Below, piece by piece: positions 9,032 to 18,073 of a stretch of DNA of 64,000 nt. Both the position numbers and the translations under genes were made by a program. Below the pieces are notes generated by a model, which did no database searches, was not told the DNA's origin, and worked only from the letters and a program-made list of their open reading frames with translations. Every line of letters begins with the position of its first letter. The first letter of the stretch is position 1. The DNA comes from a virus (Duplodnaviria > Caudoviricetes): the IMG/VR virus record IMGVR_UViG_3300031857_000007. One strand, 5' to 3'.

Positions 9032-10500
9032 TTCTTTAATTGAATTGTAATTATTTCATAATTAAAATTTTCTTCATTATAAATTTTAATTCTTTCAATC
9101 ATATGATTTAGAGTATAGTTTTTTCTGGAATTAACTGTACAATCATCTGATATGTCGTATAAAAAAGCTTTTGTCTTATCTTTTCCTTTTCTAAGAACTC
9201 TTCCAATTGATTGGAGATTTCTTATTCTTGATTTGCTTGGTGAAGCAAAGATAACATTATGCAAATTTCGAATGTTAATTCCGGTAGAAAAAGTTCCGTA
9301 AGAAGCAACAATAATTGCATTATTTTCTCTTTCAGTAATTTCTCGAACCAATTCTCTTTCTTCAGCATCAACTCCACCATGTACAAAAAATACCTTACGG
9401 GTATCTTTCTTATTGCTATTTATTAAATTGAATAGTGGTTCTCCATGTGTAGAAACCCTACTATAAAGAACCAAAGTGTTTCCTTTTAAATCTAGAGCTA
9501 AATTTGATATGAATTTATTTCTTTGCTCATGACCGATTAGATATTGAATCTCATCTTCATAGGTCTCGAATTTTTGTGGTGGATGTTTTAATACAATACA
9601 GCGAATATCTAATTGAGAAAGATGTCCCTGCTTCATCAACTCGTCAGTTCTTGTTACCTTATATGAAGGACCAAATAATCCCTCTAGAACCCATTTATGA
9701 GTTTGTGTTCCGTCTAAAGTTCCAGTAAATCCAAAACGATACTTTGCGTGATGCAATTTAGTCATAATTTCAATTAGAGATTTGCTCTTGAATAGATGAG
9801 CTTCATCTCCTATAATTACGCTATAGTCTTCGAAAAATGAACGATCCAGTTTATAAACAGATTGCCAAGTAGTAATTGTTACTGGGTATTCGTTAGTTTT
9901 TTCTCTACCAGAATAAATACGGTGACAGTATGACTCAGCATCCCAACCATAATCTAAAAAATCCTTGTACATTTGCTCTACAAGAGATGTCGTTGGAACA
10001 ACTAGAAGAATTTTTTGCTTTTTTTCCACATAGTATCTTACAAGCGAATAAATCATTAGTGATTTACCGCTGGCAGTGGGACTTATCAATAATTTTCTAT
10101 TATGCCTTAGAGCATCATATACTCCCTCAATTTGATATTGCCTCGGAGAATGGGCACAAATAGATTTCATGTAATCTTTAACGCCTTCAAAAGATATGCC
10201 ATCATTGACTTCAAATGGCTGTCCATAAAATTTGTTATCTTCAAATTTGTAAGTATATCCGTATTGCTCACAAAAATTTACAATCTTATCCAAGAGTCCA
10301 ACATAAATTTGTTTGGTCCTCATATCGAATAGATGTATTTCTCCATTCCAATTTCTTTTCCTATATTGAGGCATGAATTTTGCAGACTCTACCTGAAAAG
10401 TGAATCGGTCTCTTAATTCATACTCAATATGTGGTTCTGTTTTTATCTTAAGAAAAACTTCGTTCGATTTTGAAATAACTAGATTTGCTGAATCAACCAT
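9028..10500 (-). CDS. uvsW: UvsW SF2 DNA helicase
   Basis: SPTASGKS, IIGDEAH, GFTGT, ASYGTFSTG, LQSIGRVLR. Confidence 0.96.
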   Translation of the reverse strand: MVDSANLVISKSNEVFLKIKTEPHIEYELRDRFTFQVESAKFMPQYRKRNWNGEIHLFDMRTKQIYVGLLDKIVNFCEQYGYTYKFEDNKFYGQPFEVNDGISFEGVKDYMKSICAHSPRQYQIEGVYDALRHNRKLLISPTASGKSLMIYSLVRYYVEKKQKILLVVPTTSLVEQMYKDFLDYGWDAESYCHRIYSGREKTNEYPVTITTWQSVYKLDRSFFEDYSVIIGDEAHLFKSKSLIEIMTKLHHAKYRFGFTGTLDGTQTHKWVLEGLFGPSYKVTRTDELMKQGHLSQLDIRCIVLKHPPQKFETYEDEIQYLIGHEQRNKFISNLALDLKGNTLVLYSRVSTHGEPLFNLINSNKKDTRKVFFVHGGVDAEERELVREITERENNAIIVASYGTFSTGINIRNLHNVIFASPSKSRIRNLQSIGRVLRKGKDKTKAFLYDISDDCTVNSRKNYTLNHMIERIKIYNEENFNYEIITIQLKK

Positions 10501-10933
10501 ATCCTGCCTGGAACTTTATAAATTCAATGGCATTCTTTATTTGATAAGTTCTATTTTGAATAACTTTAAGAATGCTCTCAATATAATTTAGGAGAGTTTC
10601 GTAGTACTCAATTTTCATGGCGACATTGGATAATTTTTCGTCAGAATCTAGATAACCCTGAAGCGTTTCTTTATCGCGAATTTTTTTGGGAAAGGGATTT
10701 TCTATGTAAATTTCTGGATCTGCCTTTCCTGTGAAGTATTCATACCTTTCATGGCGAATTCTTTTTTTCTGTTGCTCAGCTCTCTTTTTCAGTAAATTTA
10801 TATTATTGTATAAATCAAAATATTTTGCATGAAGAATTGGGATATTTAAAGATTCTGTATGCAAATTATCAATGTCTATTTTGGAATCTTTTTCCCACAT
10901 AGACTGAATTGTTTCAAGATCAAGACTCGCCAT
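10493..10933 (-). CDS. uvsY: UvsY recombination mediator
   Basis: LHTESLNIPILHAKY...NRTYQIKNAIEF; position between gp3 and uvsW. Confidence 0.9.
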   Translation of the reverse strand: MASLDLETIQSMWEKDSKIDIDNLHTESLNIPILHAKYFDLYNNINLLKKRAEQQKKRIRHERYEYFTGKADPEIYIENPFPKKIRDKETLQGYLDSDEKLSNVAMKIEYYETLLNYIESILKVIQNRTYQIKNAIEFIKFQAGYG

Positions 10934-11492
10934 AATACAATTTATTTCCAGATAAATCGGTTATATTGTAAATAGTATACTTGAAAGATACCTCTGCTGT
11001 AAAGTATTGAATATCAGTGTCAGTAGAATCAAATTGCAATGTTGATAGATCGTAGGGAAATAAATCAAAAAATTTTAATTTGAAATTTGGATTCATTTTA
11101 CTCGTCAAAACTTGTAGAGTTCCATCTGAGTATAAATTCAACTGACTTTTATTTGGCTGCTCCAAATTTCTATTGCTTTTTTGCAAATCATATATTTCTT
11201 CCAAACTTTCAGGATATCCTAGACCTCTTATCCAATTATAAATCTCCATATAATTTTCTAAGTTTTCATCTACAAGAAATCTTATAGTGAGATCTTCGAA
11301 TTGAATTTTATCGCCAGGTGTATCAATGTCTTTTAGGTATGAAGGTTGATTTGCAATCCCTAAAGTTATTCTTGGTATATTTGCTGAATTGCAAAAAAAT
11401 GCAACTTTCGGCGCTCTATTTAATGTAAATTTAAATCCTACAGGAGATAGAAAATTTCTATTTTCTATCTGATTATTAGATATGTTTGCCAT
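10920..11492 (-). CDS. gp3: Tail completion / sheath stabilizer gp3
   Basis: NRNFLSPVGFKF...FFCNSANIP...FEDLTIRFLVDENLENY; position after gp23. Confidence 0.88.
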   Translation of the reverse strand: MANISNNQIENRNFLSPVGFKFTLNRAPKVAFFCNSANIPRITLGIANQPSYLKDIDTPGDKIQFEDLTIRFLVDENLENYMEIYNWIRGLGYPESLEEIYDLQKSNRNLEQPNKSQLNLYSDGTLQVLTSKMNPNFKLKFFDLFPYDLSTLQFDSTDTDIQYFTAEVSFKYTIYNITDLSGNKLYYGES

Positions 11493-11502
11493 TTTTTCTA
11501 AT

Positions 11503-11510
11503 TATTTAGA
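11503..11510 (-). promoter_or_regulatory. Late promoter variant (TCTAAATA) for gp3
   Basis: TAAATA core 11 bp upstream of the gp3 start, just after the gp23 terminator. Confidence 0.55.
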
Positions 11511-11512
11511 AT

Positions 11513-11537
11513 AAAAAAGGGGGTCTTAGGACCCCCT
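11513..11537 (-). terminator. Rho-independent terminator after gp23
   Basis: Minus strand GGGGGTC-CTAA-GACCCCC followed by TTTTTT. Confidence 0.9.
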
Positions 11538-11557
11538 GGAATTTTATGTGAAATGGA

Positions 11558-12979
11558 TCACATAAGGTTCTTAACAGCAACTCTACGATAGTAGCGGTTT
11601 GCGTTAAGGTTAAGAGCGCCAAGACCCTGATTGGTTCCTTCTGCGAATGGGTTAGCAACAAGACCATAACGGGTCTTAAAGCCAATCTTAGGCTGGAAGG
11701 AGTTCTCACCAACGGCACGAACCATTTGGAGAGGAACATATGGGCAATAGAAGAGTCCAGCGTCATAAGGTGAAGAACCCTTATAACCAACAACATAATA
11801 CTGGTTGCCTGGGGTAGCATTACCTGAGGTCAGGTTAGCAGCATATGGGTCAATATAGACACGGAATTTGCCCATCAGAGTACCAGCAAAGGTGTTGCCG
11901 GTTTCATCAACGTTGAGGTTAGCGTTGAGTGCAGGGGTGTAGTCAAGAACACCAGCCATGGTCAGTGCTGAAGCAACGTCAGCAGAGCACATGATGATGT
12001 TGCCCTTTCCGCGACGAGTTCTTTGTGCAATTGCGTTTGCATCACGCTCGATTTGGAACAGAAGACCCTTGAACTTCTCAACAGACCAACGACCGTTTGA
12101 ATCAACGTCTAGGTCGAAGATACCTGGGGTTGCAACGTTCTGAACAGCACCTTGCTCAGCAACCTTGTAGATGGTACGAATGACTTCACGGTTGATCTCA
12201 GCAAGAATCTCAGTTGAGAGAATGTTTGCGAGTTCAGCCTCAGCATTCAGACCATGGATTGCCTTAAGGTCTTGAGCGAGTTCTAGTGAGTACTCAGCTT
12301 TCAGAGCGCGTGACTTTGCAGTAACAGTGACTTTCTCGATCGAGAATGCCATCTGGTTGAAAGCATCTGCACCAGTGCCGTCAAGATTCTCAGCAGAATC
12401 TGTACGGAGACCTTGACCTACGTTATATGGTGAAGGGTTAGTGGTTGCAGTTCCAACTGGGTTCAGAAGGGCAGGATTGCTACCACTCTGTGCAGTTGTA
12501 CCGAAACCAACAGCACCGTCACTAAATCCAGCAGCGTCATCGCGTCCAGCTGGTTGACCAGAGAATGCTGAATCAACTTCGTTGAAGAATGTTTCGGTTC
12601 CGCTCTGATTGGTGTAGCGGGAACGCATTGCGAAGATAAGTCCAGTAGGACCGCTCATTGGTTGAACGCCTGCGAGGTCATAAGCGACCAGGTTAGGCAT
12701 TGAACGACGAATGAGTGAAATTAGAACAGGATCAAAACCTGCAGTAGGACCTGCAGCAGTAGCTGAACCAGTAAATCCACCATTGCCTACAGCATTGGTT
12801 GGTGCTTCAGTTAGGAATGAACCTGCGGTTTCGAAAGCAGATTGCTCGCGAAGGAATTTTTCTTGGTTTTCGAGCAGGACAGCGGTTACAGCTCTACGAT
12901 GTGAATCTTTGATTGCGTCAAGACCCTGATAATCGAGAAGTGGTGCCCACTTTTCCTGCAGATGCTCGGATTGGAACAT
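11558..12979 (-). CDS. gp23: Major capsid protein gp23
   Basis: FDPVLISLIRRSMPNL, VQPMSGPTGLIFAMR, SRALKAEYSLELAQDLKAIHG, FQPKIGFKTRYG. Confidence 0.99.
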   Translation of the reverse strand: MFQSEHLQEKWAPLLDYQGLDAIKDSHRRAVTAVLLENQEKFLREQSAFETAGSFLTEAPTNAVGNGGFTGSATAAGPTAGFDPVLISLIRRSMPNLVAYDLAGVQPMSGPTGLIFAMRSRYTNQSGTETFFNEVDSAFSGQPAGRDDAAGFSDGAVGFGTTAQSGSNPALLNPVGTATTNPSPYNVGQGLRTDSAENLDGTGADAFNQMAFSIEKVTVTAKSRALKAEYSLELAQDLKAIHGLNAEAELANILSTEILAEINREVIRTIYKVAEQGAVQNVATPGIFDLDVDSNGRWSVEKFKGLLFQIERDANAIAQRTRRGKGNIIMCSADVASALTMAGVLDYTPALNANLNVDETGNTFAGTLMGKFRVYIDPYAANLTSGNATPGNQYYVVGYKGSSPYDAGLFYCPYVPLQMVRAVGENSFQPKIGFKTRYGLVANPFAEGTNQGLGALNLNANRYYRRVAVKNLM

Positions 12980-13024
12980 TTGCGTTTACCTTGTGTGATT
13001 GTTTACGTTTGATTAATATTAAAT

Positions 13025-14167
13025 TCAGTTTTTGGCGAATGCTGAAATAGTCTTCAGGTATGAAGCCATTGTTCCAGACATTGATTCTGGAGCAGAGTCT
13101 ACTCCCTCAGAGAGAGTTTCAGATTTTGCCTTTGGAGTTCTATTTGTTGGGAAATATGATTCCCTCAGTGTCTCCAGCTTGTCACGATATTCTTCTTCAC
13201 TTTCAAACTCAACACTTTCGGCAAGTGAAGCGAGCTTGTCTTTCTGAGTGTCTGCTAGACCATCAGCGACCTGTTCAAAGATTCCATCAGCAACCGACTC
13301 TGCGAGACGCTTGTTGAGTGAAACGTTTTTCTCAATCTGCTCGTTGAGTTTTGTTTCCATTTCATCAAGTTTTTCTACCATGCTCTCTAGCACATCATAT
13401 TTATCTTCAGGGATTGATACATAATGATCTTCAAAAAGACCCTTCATTCCTTGTAGGAATGATTCGGTCATTTCGGTCTTAAGACCGTTTTCAACTGCAA
13501 GCGCATTTTCTTGCATCCATTCATCGGCAACATACTCAAGATATGAATCTACACGCTCAGAAAGTGTAGATTTAATTTCTTCAACTTCTTCTGCAAGTGC
13601 ATCTGCATACTGCTCTTCCATTGCCTCTTGAATTTGAGAAACCTTGGAGCGAAGAGCAGCCTCGAAAATGGTACGTGCCTTCTCTTGGAACTCTTCAGAT
13701 AGTTCTTCACCTTCTAAAAGAGCATTGACATCTTCTTCGATGTCATACTCTTCTTTCATTTCGTCTTCATCTTCGTCTTCTTCTTCTTTTTTGCCTTTCT
13801 TCTTTCCGTCCTCTTCTTCTTCTTTTTCTTCTTCCTCAGCGGCTTCTAAGAGTTCTTCGTCTTCATCATACTCAAACTCTTCGTCCTCTTTCATTCCCTT
13901 CATTGCCTCAGCAGGCTTAGCACCCTTATTTACAACATCCTTAACTTGCTTAAGGGTTGCTCCGGGGGTTTTTAATTTCGCTGAATCATCATCTGGACGA
14001 TAGTTTGAAGGATCTGGTCCGCCAAGATCTTCCCATCCTGTAGTTTGTCCAGGGGGAATATTTCCTGACAAATGTGGCATTGCGTCCGCTGCTTTGGCAT
14101 TGGCATTTACAGCGGTTTTGGATTGCTTTGTGCCTACTTCCATTTCTTGTAAATCTCCACGAGACAT
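13025..14167 (-). CDS. gp22: Prohead core scaffold gp22
   Basis: Very acidic coiled-coil protein (FQEKARTIFEAA, YLEYVADEWM) directly upstream of gp23. Confidence 0.93.
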   Translation of the reverse strand: MSRGDLQEMEVGTKQSKTAVNANAKAADAMPHLSGNIPPGQTTGWEDLGGPDPSNYRPDDDSAKLKTPGATLKQVKDVVNKGAKPAEAMKGMKEDEEFEYDEDEELLEAAEEEEKEEEEDGKKKGKKEEEDEDEDEMKEEYDIEEDVNALLEGEELSEEFQEKARTIFEAALRSKVSQIQEAMEEQYADALAEEVEEIKSTLSERVDSYLEYVADEWMQENALAVENGLKTEMTESFLQGMKGLFEDHYVSIPEDKYDVLESMVEKLDEMETKLNEQIEKNVSLNKRLAESVADGIFEQVADGLADTQKDKLASLAESVEFESEEEYRDKLETLRESYFPTNRTPKAKSETLSEGVDSAPESMSGTMASYLKTISAFAKN

Positions 14168-14207
14168 TTGAACTCTCCGATTAACCTTTAGTAATTTAAT
14201 CTATATT

Positions 14208-14215
14208 TATTTATA
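14208..14215 (-). promoter_or_regulatory. T4-type late promoter TATAAATA for gp22-gp23
   Basis: Exact consensus in the intergenic gap. Confidence 0.85.
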
Positions 14216-14225
14216 AATTAAGAAA

Positions 14226-14879
14226 TTACAATGAATTTAAAAAATCATTAAATAACTTAATTTTATTTTCCTGTAAACGTCTTTGGTCTACAAGAGTGTT
14301 AATTCTGCGTTTTGTATTCTCTGCAGACCTCTCCCTAAGCATTCCACCATCCCAAATCCACTCTTTTCCTTCCATAATTCCTTGAACAAAGGCATCGGGG
14401 GCAGAAGGATCCGCTACAATATCAGCAGCGGTCGCAAGCATAAAATCTTCACCGACTTCAGTATAACCTTCGTTATTTGGTTTTACTGAACCAATACCAC
14501 GAGAAGAAACGCCAAGAGTTACTCCTTCTTTGAGTAATGATTCTGCAATCTTACCCATTGGAGTGGAAAGAATCTGTGCTTTACCAATGAAATTATTTCC
14601 TTCACGTTGAAGCGAAACAATCTTGTGAGAAACACGATCAAGATTTACAGTTGGTCCGTCTGGGTGACCAAGTTCTCCAAGAGCACGACCTTTATTCACA
14701 TACTGCTCAGTGTAACGCTTTACCTCTCTTTCCATAACAGGTAGACGATACATTCTACCATTTCTGTTTACTACTTCAGTTTGAAGGAAAGGACCTTGAA
14801 TGTAAAGTGTCTTTTTACCATTAACTGTTTCTGTAAGAACTTCTACCTGTTCGATTTCTTCGGTGATTAGTTTCATCAT
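14226..14879 (-). CDS. gp21: Prohead protease gp21
   Basis: NRNGRMY, ALGELGHP, LGVSSRGIGS, ADIVADPSAPDAFV. Confidence 0.97.
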   Translation of the reverse strand: MMKLITEEIEQVEVLTETVNGKKTLYIQGPFLQTEVVNRNGRMYRLPVMEREVKRYTEQYVNKGRALGELGHPDGPTVNLDRVSHKIVSLQREGNNFIGKAQILSTPMGKIAESLLKEGVTLGVSSRGIGSVKPNNEGYTEVGEDFMLATAADIVADPSAPDAFVQGIMEGKEWIWDGGMLRERSAENTKRRINTLVDQRRLQENKIKLFNDFLNSL

Positions 14880-15421
14880 GCTTGTCCTGAAATTTGTACT
14901 TGTTGTGCGTATAATGTACCAGCACCACCTTCTGTTCTTGCAGCCAATCTATATGACAATGATACAGTTGCATCTGGTGAAGTAAATGCCGTTAATATGC
15001 CACTAGAGTTATAATTTACAGTAAACCTTCTCTGATAATATCCATCAACACTAGAAGATGTATTCACAGAAATAACTTCGGCATGAGTAAAGTTATGATA
15101 TTGTGATCCAGAAAGAGTTACAAAATCGCCAACACCAAAAGGTGCTTGGGTACCTTCCGGACAATCAATAATTGTTGTAGTTCCAGTAGTTACACCAACA
15201 ACTCTATTCGATGCTTTTGTAATTGCTAAAGTTGATGAAGATCCTGCTGGGATATAATAGTCTGAAGTTGTAGCTGATGGATTTGTTCCTATTGCAACAA
15301 ATGCCCCTGCAGTTACGGCAACAACTCTTACCACATTTGTTTGTGCAGTAAAAGAAGTTGTCATTGATGATGCTGCACCAGTTGTTAATGAAATTCCCGC
15401 ACCTATTGGTCTATGAGCCAT
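14876..15421 (-). CDS. Conserved hypothetical head-region protein
   Basis: 181-aa small-residue-rich beta protein between gp20 and gp21, with a late-promoter variant upstream. Confidence 0.75.
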   Translation of the reverse strand: MAHRPIGAGISLTTGAASSMTTSFTAQTNVVRVVAVTAGAFVAIGTNPSATTSDYYIPAGSSSTLAITKASNRVVGVTTGTTTIIDCPEGTQAPFGVGDFVTLSGSQYHNFTHAEVISVNTSSSVDGYYQRRFTVNYNSSGILTAFTSPDATVSLSYRLAARTEGGAGTLYAQQVQISGQA

Positions 15422-15444
15422 TATTTTTATAATACATTTTTAGT

Positions 15445-15452
15445 TATTTATT
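15445..15452 (-). promoter_or_regulatory. Late promoter variant AATAAATA
   Basis: Intergenic, upstream of the gene starting at 15421. Confidence 0.55.
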
Positions 15453-15477
15453 ATTTGATCAAATTAAGATAAAATAT

Positions 15478-15654
15478 CTATTGATCTTCTGAGGTTTCAT
15501 TATTCGAATCATTAAATCCAAACAATGAATTGGAAATTGATGGGCGTATAGCTTCTATTTTTTCTGTTGATTTTGCAAATAACAGATCTTTAATTTTATC
15601 GCTAATTTGAGATGGTGATTCATCCGCAGCAATCATGTCAAGAAGTTCTTCCAT
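15478..15654 (-). CDS. Small acidic prohead-region protein (58 aa, at the gp67/gp68 position)
   Basis: Not in the ORF track. My translation: MEELLDMIAADESPSQISDKIKDLLFAKSTEKIEAIRPSISNSLFGFNDSNNETSEDQ*. Preceded by a perfect late promoter. Confidence 0.8.
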   Translation of the reverse strand: MEELLDMIAADESPSQISDKIKDLLFAKSTEKIEAIRPSISNSLFGFNDSNNETSEDQ

Positions 15655-15678
15655 TTTAATTAAATTTGAAATTTTTTA

Positions 15679-15686
15679 TATTTATA
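15679..15686 (-). promoter_or_regulatory. Late promoter TATAAATA
   Basis: Exact consensus 25 bp upstream of the ATG at 15654. Confidence 0.8.
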
Positions 15687-15691
15687 TTTGA

Positions 15692-17380
15692 TTAGATCTT
15701 TCCACCTTTAGGTGGTTCCATTCCTTTATCAGATACTTCAACTTGAGCAGCATCTGCGTTCAAATCTGGTTCCATAACTGGTTCTCCTAGATTTGCATCC
15801 ATGCCTTGATCCATTGGCATTCCTGTAGCGGGATCTACGGGTGCATTTGGATCCGGAATTATTCCTGATTCGATTTCTTTTTGGATAATTTTATCTTCTT
15901 CAATAATTTCCAAATCAGTTTGTCTAAGAATTTTTCTTCTTACATAATCTTGTGAGAAATATTTTCCGACATATGGTTCTGCTGTAGCAACCAAATTCAA
16001 TCTTTCCGTAAGTAGTTCTGCATCCTTTAATTCAGAGAAATGATTGTCATATAGGAAATTGTATTGAATATGCTCACCCATTTTATCCCAATCGCTTGGA
16101 GTAATAATATTCTTTAATATTAATTGAGTTTTGAGCATATCATTGAACAAATAAGAGAATCTCTTTCTCAATCTCGCTACAAATTTTGTAAATTTGAGTT
16201 CATCTCTTAATATTTCAGAAGAACGTCCCAAATTAAATCCACTTTCTCCACCAATTCTTGTTGGGGGAACGTTCAATGAACGATATAATTTTTCTTGGAA
16301 ATACTTAATGTCAGTAATTTCTCCAAGATTTTGTCCACCTGGAAGTGTAGTAATTTCAGTTCCTCTACCACCTTCACGACGAGGAAGCCAAAAATCTTCA
16401 AGCATACTCACAAATTTCTTATCATCTCTGATTTCTCCAGTGGAAGCATCATATACCAGTTTATTACGATATCTCATCATAACGTCACGGAGGTATTGCT
16501 CTGCTTTTACTTTTGGTAGATTGCCAACGTCAATATAAAAAATACGACGTTCTGGTGCGCGTGACAAACGGTAGATAACTAACGAATCTTCAATCATTCT
16601 TAACTGATTGAGAGATTTGATTGCCTTGTGAAGATATGAAAGTGTTGATCCTTTATTTCTATCAACCAATCCAGAAGTGCAGTATGCAATGGAATCTCTA
16701 GAAAATTTGATTCCACCAATGCCACCAAGGCTAGATGGATTGTTGGCAGGATAGTTCATTTTTGGATTATAAATGAAATATTCCTGAATTTCTGGGAATT
16801 CATAATCCATTGGATCATCGACGTTCACATTTGCAAGTCGATATAATTTTTTATCTTCTTCTTTTTTCTTTTGTTGCCTTACATATCGCATTTTCATTGC
16901 GTCTATGTATCTAAGTTCTTGAATTCCTGCCTGAGGATTTTTTAAATCAATTACTTTGTGGTAGTAAAGTCTTCCATCGATGTACCAATTTCTATAAATC
17001 TCATGAGATTTCCTATCAAAATCCAATAATTCTAGTATATACTTAAACTCTTCTCTTATTTTTTTCTTGATTCCATCACTTGCATTGAGATTTGAAAGTT
17101 CAATCTCTACAGGAGAATCATTTGAATCTGAGACTATAGCCTCATTTACTATATCTTCAATGGCACTATCACACTCTGGGTGAAGTGCCATTTCTCGATA
17201 TCTTTTTATCAAATCAAATTCAGTTCTATAAACACCTTCAATATCTACATAAGATCCAAAAAAACCAGAACTTAAATAATGATCAACTTCGTCCTCGTTA
17301 TTTGGTGGAACGGGGGACAAAGTTGAAGGTGTTAAATTATTAGAGCTATCTTCAATAGAAAAACCGAATAACTTCGACAT
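15692..17380 (-). CDS. gp20: Portal protein gp20
   Basis: YREMALHPECDSAI, WYIDGRLYY, IYRLSRAPERRIFYIDVGNLPK, EDFWLPRREGGRGTEI. Confidence 0.99.
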   Translation of the reverse strand: MSKLFGFSIEDSSNNLTPSTLSPVPPNNEDEVDHYLSSGFFGSYVDIEGVYRTEFDLIKRYREMALHPECDSAIEDIVNEAIVSDSNDSPVEIELSNLNASDGIKKKIREEFKYILELLDFDRKSHEIYRNWYIDGRLYYHKVIDLKNPQAGIQELRYIDAMKMRYVRQQKKKEEDKKLYRLANVNVDDPMDYEFPEIQEYFIYNPKMNYPANNPSSLGGIGGIKFSRDSIAYCTSGLVDRNKGSTLSYLHKAIKSLNQLRMIEDSLVIYRLSRAPERRIFYIDVGNLPKVKAEQYLRDVMMRYRNKLVYDASTGEIRDDKKFVSMLEDFWLPRREGGRGTEITTLPGGQNLGEITDIKYFQEKLYRSLNVPPTRIGGESGFNLGRSSEILRDELKFTKFVARLRKRFSYLFNDMLKTQLILKNIITPSDWDKMGEHIQYNFLYDNHFSELKDAELLTERLNLVATAEPYVGKYFSQDYVRRKILRQTDLEIIEEDKIIQKEIESGIIPDPNAPVDPATGMPMDQGMDANLGEPVMEPDLNADAAQVEVSDKGMEPPKGGKI

Positions 17381-17410
17381 AATTAAATATTAAACCCTAC
17401 AGACTTGTAC

Positions 17411-17418
17411 TATTTATC
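17411..17418 (-). promoter_or_regulatory. Late promoter variant GATAAATA for gp20
   Basis: Located at the gp19 stop, about 30 bp upstream of gp20. Confidence 0.6.
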
Positions 17419-18037
17419 AGGCACCACTACCCGCTTTTTCTGGGTAGAAGTATTGTACTTGGAACTCTACTGTGAATTCTTCAATAGTATCTGTGGAATC
17501 ATATGAGAGATCAATTTGAGAAACATTTGTTGGGAAAATGTCTACAAACTTGTACTGTGCAAGAATGTTTGCATTTCCGCCAGCAGATGCATTTGAAGGT
17601 CCTTCTTTTGTAACAGCTCCTCTTCCAAGCTGATAGACAGTTGCTTGACCCATATAGTCATTAGGATTTGTTAATCCAGTATGATTTGAATATTGGGCAA
17701 CACTTTGCATCCAAGATTCAAATGATCTTCTATGGGAAAAGTTTTCGTCATTGATAATAGTTACTGTCCAAGTATCAAATGTACGATCACCTGCAACTTT
17801 TAGGATTCTACCTCTAAAAGGTACATCGATAGGTGCTACATTAGAAGCTGGTAAAGCCGCTGCTTTACACAAAAATCTAAAATTATTTGCGTCAAACCCA
17901 CCAGATCCATCACCCTGAATGTTTGTTGGTAGAGAGTTTGGAAATGCTACTTGAACTTCGAATAAGTTAGGGCGGGCACCGCCACCAATCAGTGCCCCCT
18001 TCATTGCTGAGATTCCTCTTGCTGGGATAGTTGCCAT
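17417..18037 (-). CDS. gp19: Tail tube protein gp19
   Basis: GGARPNLFEV, FRGRILKVAGDRTFDTWTVTIINDE, IEEFTVEFQVQY; strong SD AAAGGAGG. Confidence 0.97.
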   Translation of the reverse strand: MATIPARGISAMKGALIGGGARPNLFEVQVAFPNSLPTNIQGDGSGGFDANNFRFLCKAAALPASNVAPIDVPFRGRILKVAGDRTFDTWTVTIINDENFSHRRSFESWMQSVAQYSNHTGLTNPNDYMGQATVYQLGRGAVTKEGPSNASAGGNANILAQYKFVDIFPTNVSQIDLSYDSTDTIEEFTVEFQVQYFYPEKAGSGA

Positions 18038-18073
18038 TTTACTTTCCTCCTTTGTGGTTAATTAAAGTTTAAA

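Noticed and set aside
13644-14003. Plus-strand poly-Ser ORF
   Set aside because: Antisense shadow of the Glu/Asp-rich stretch of gp22.
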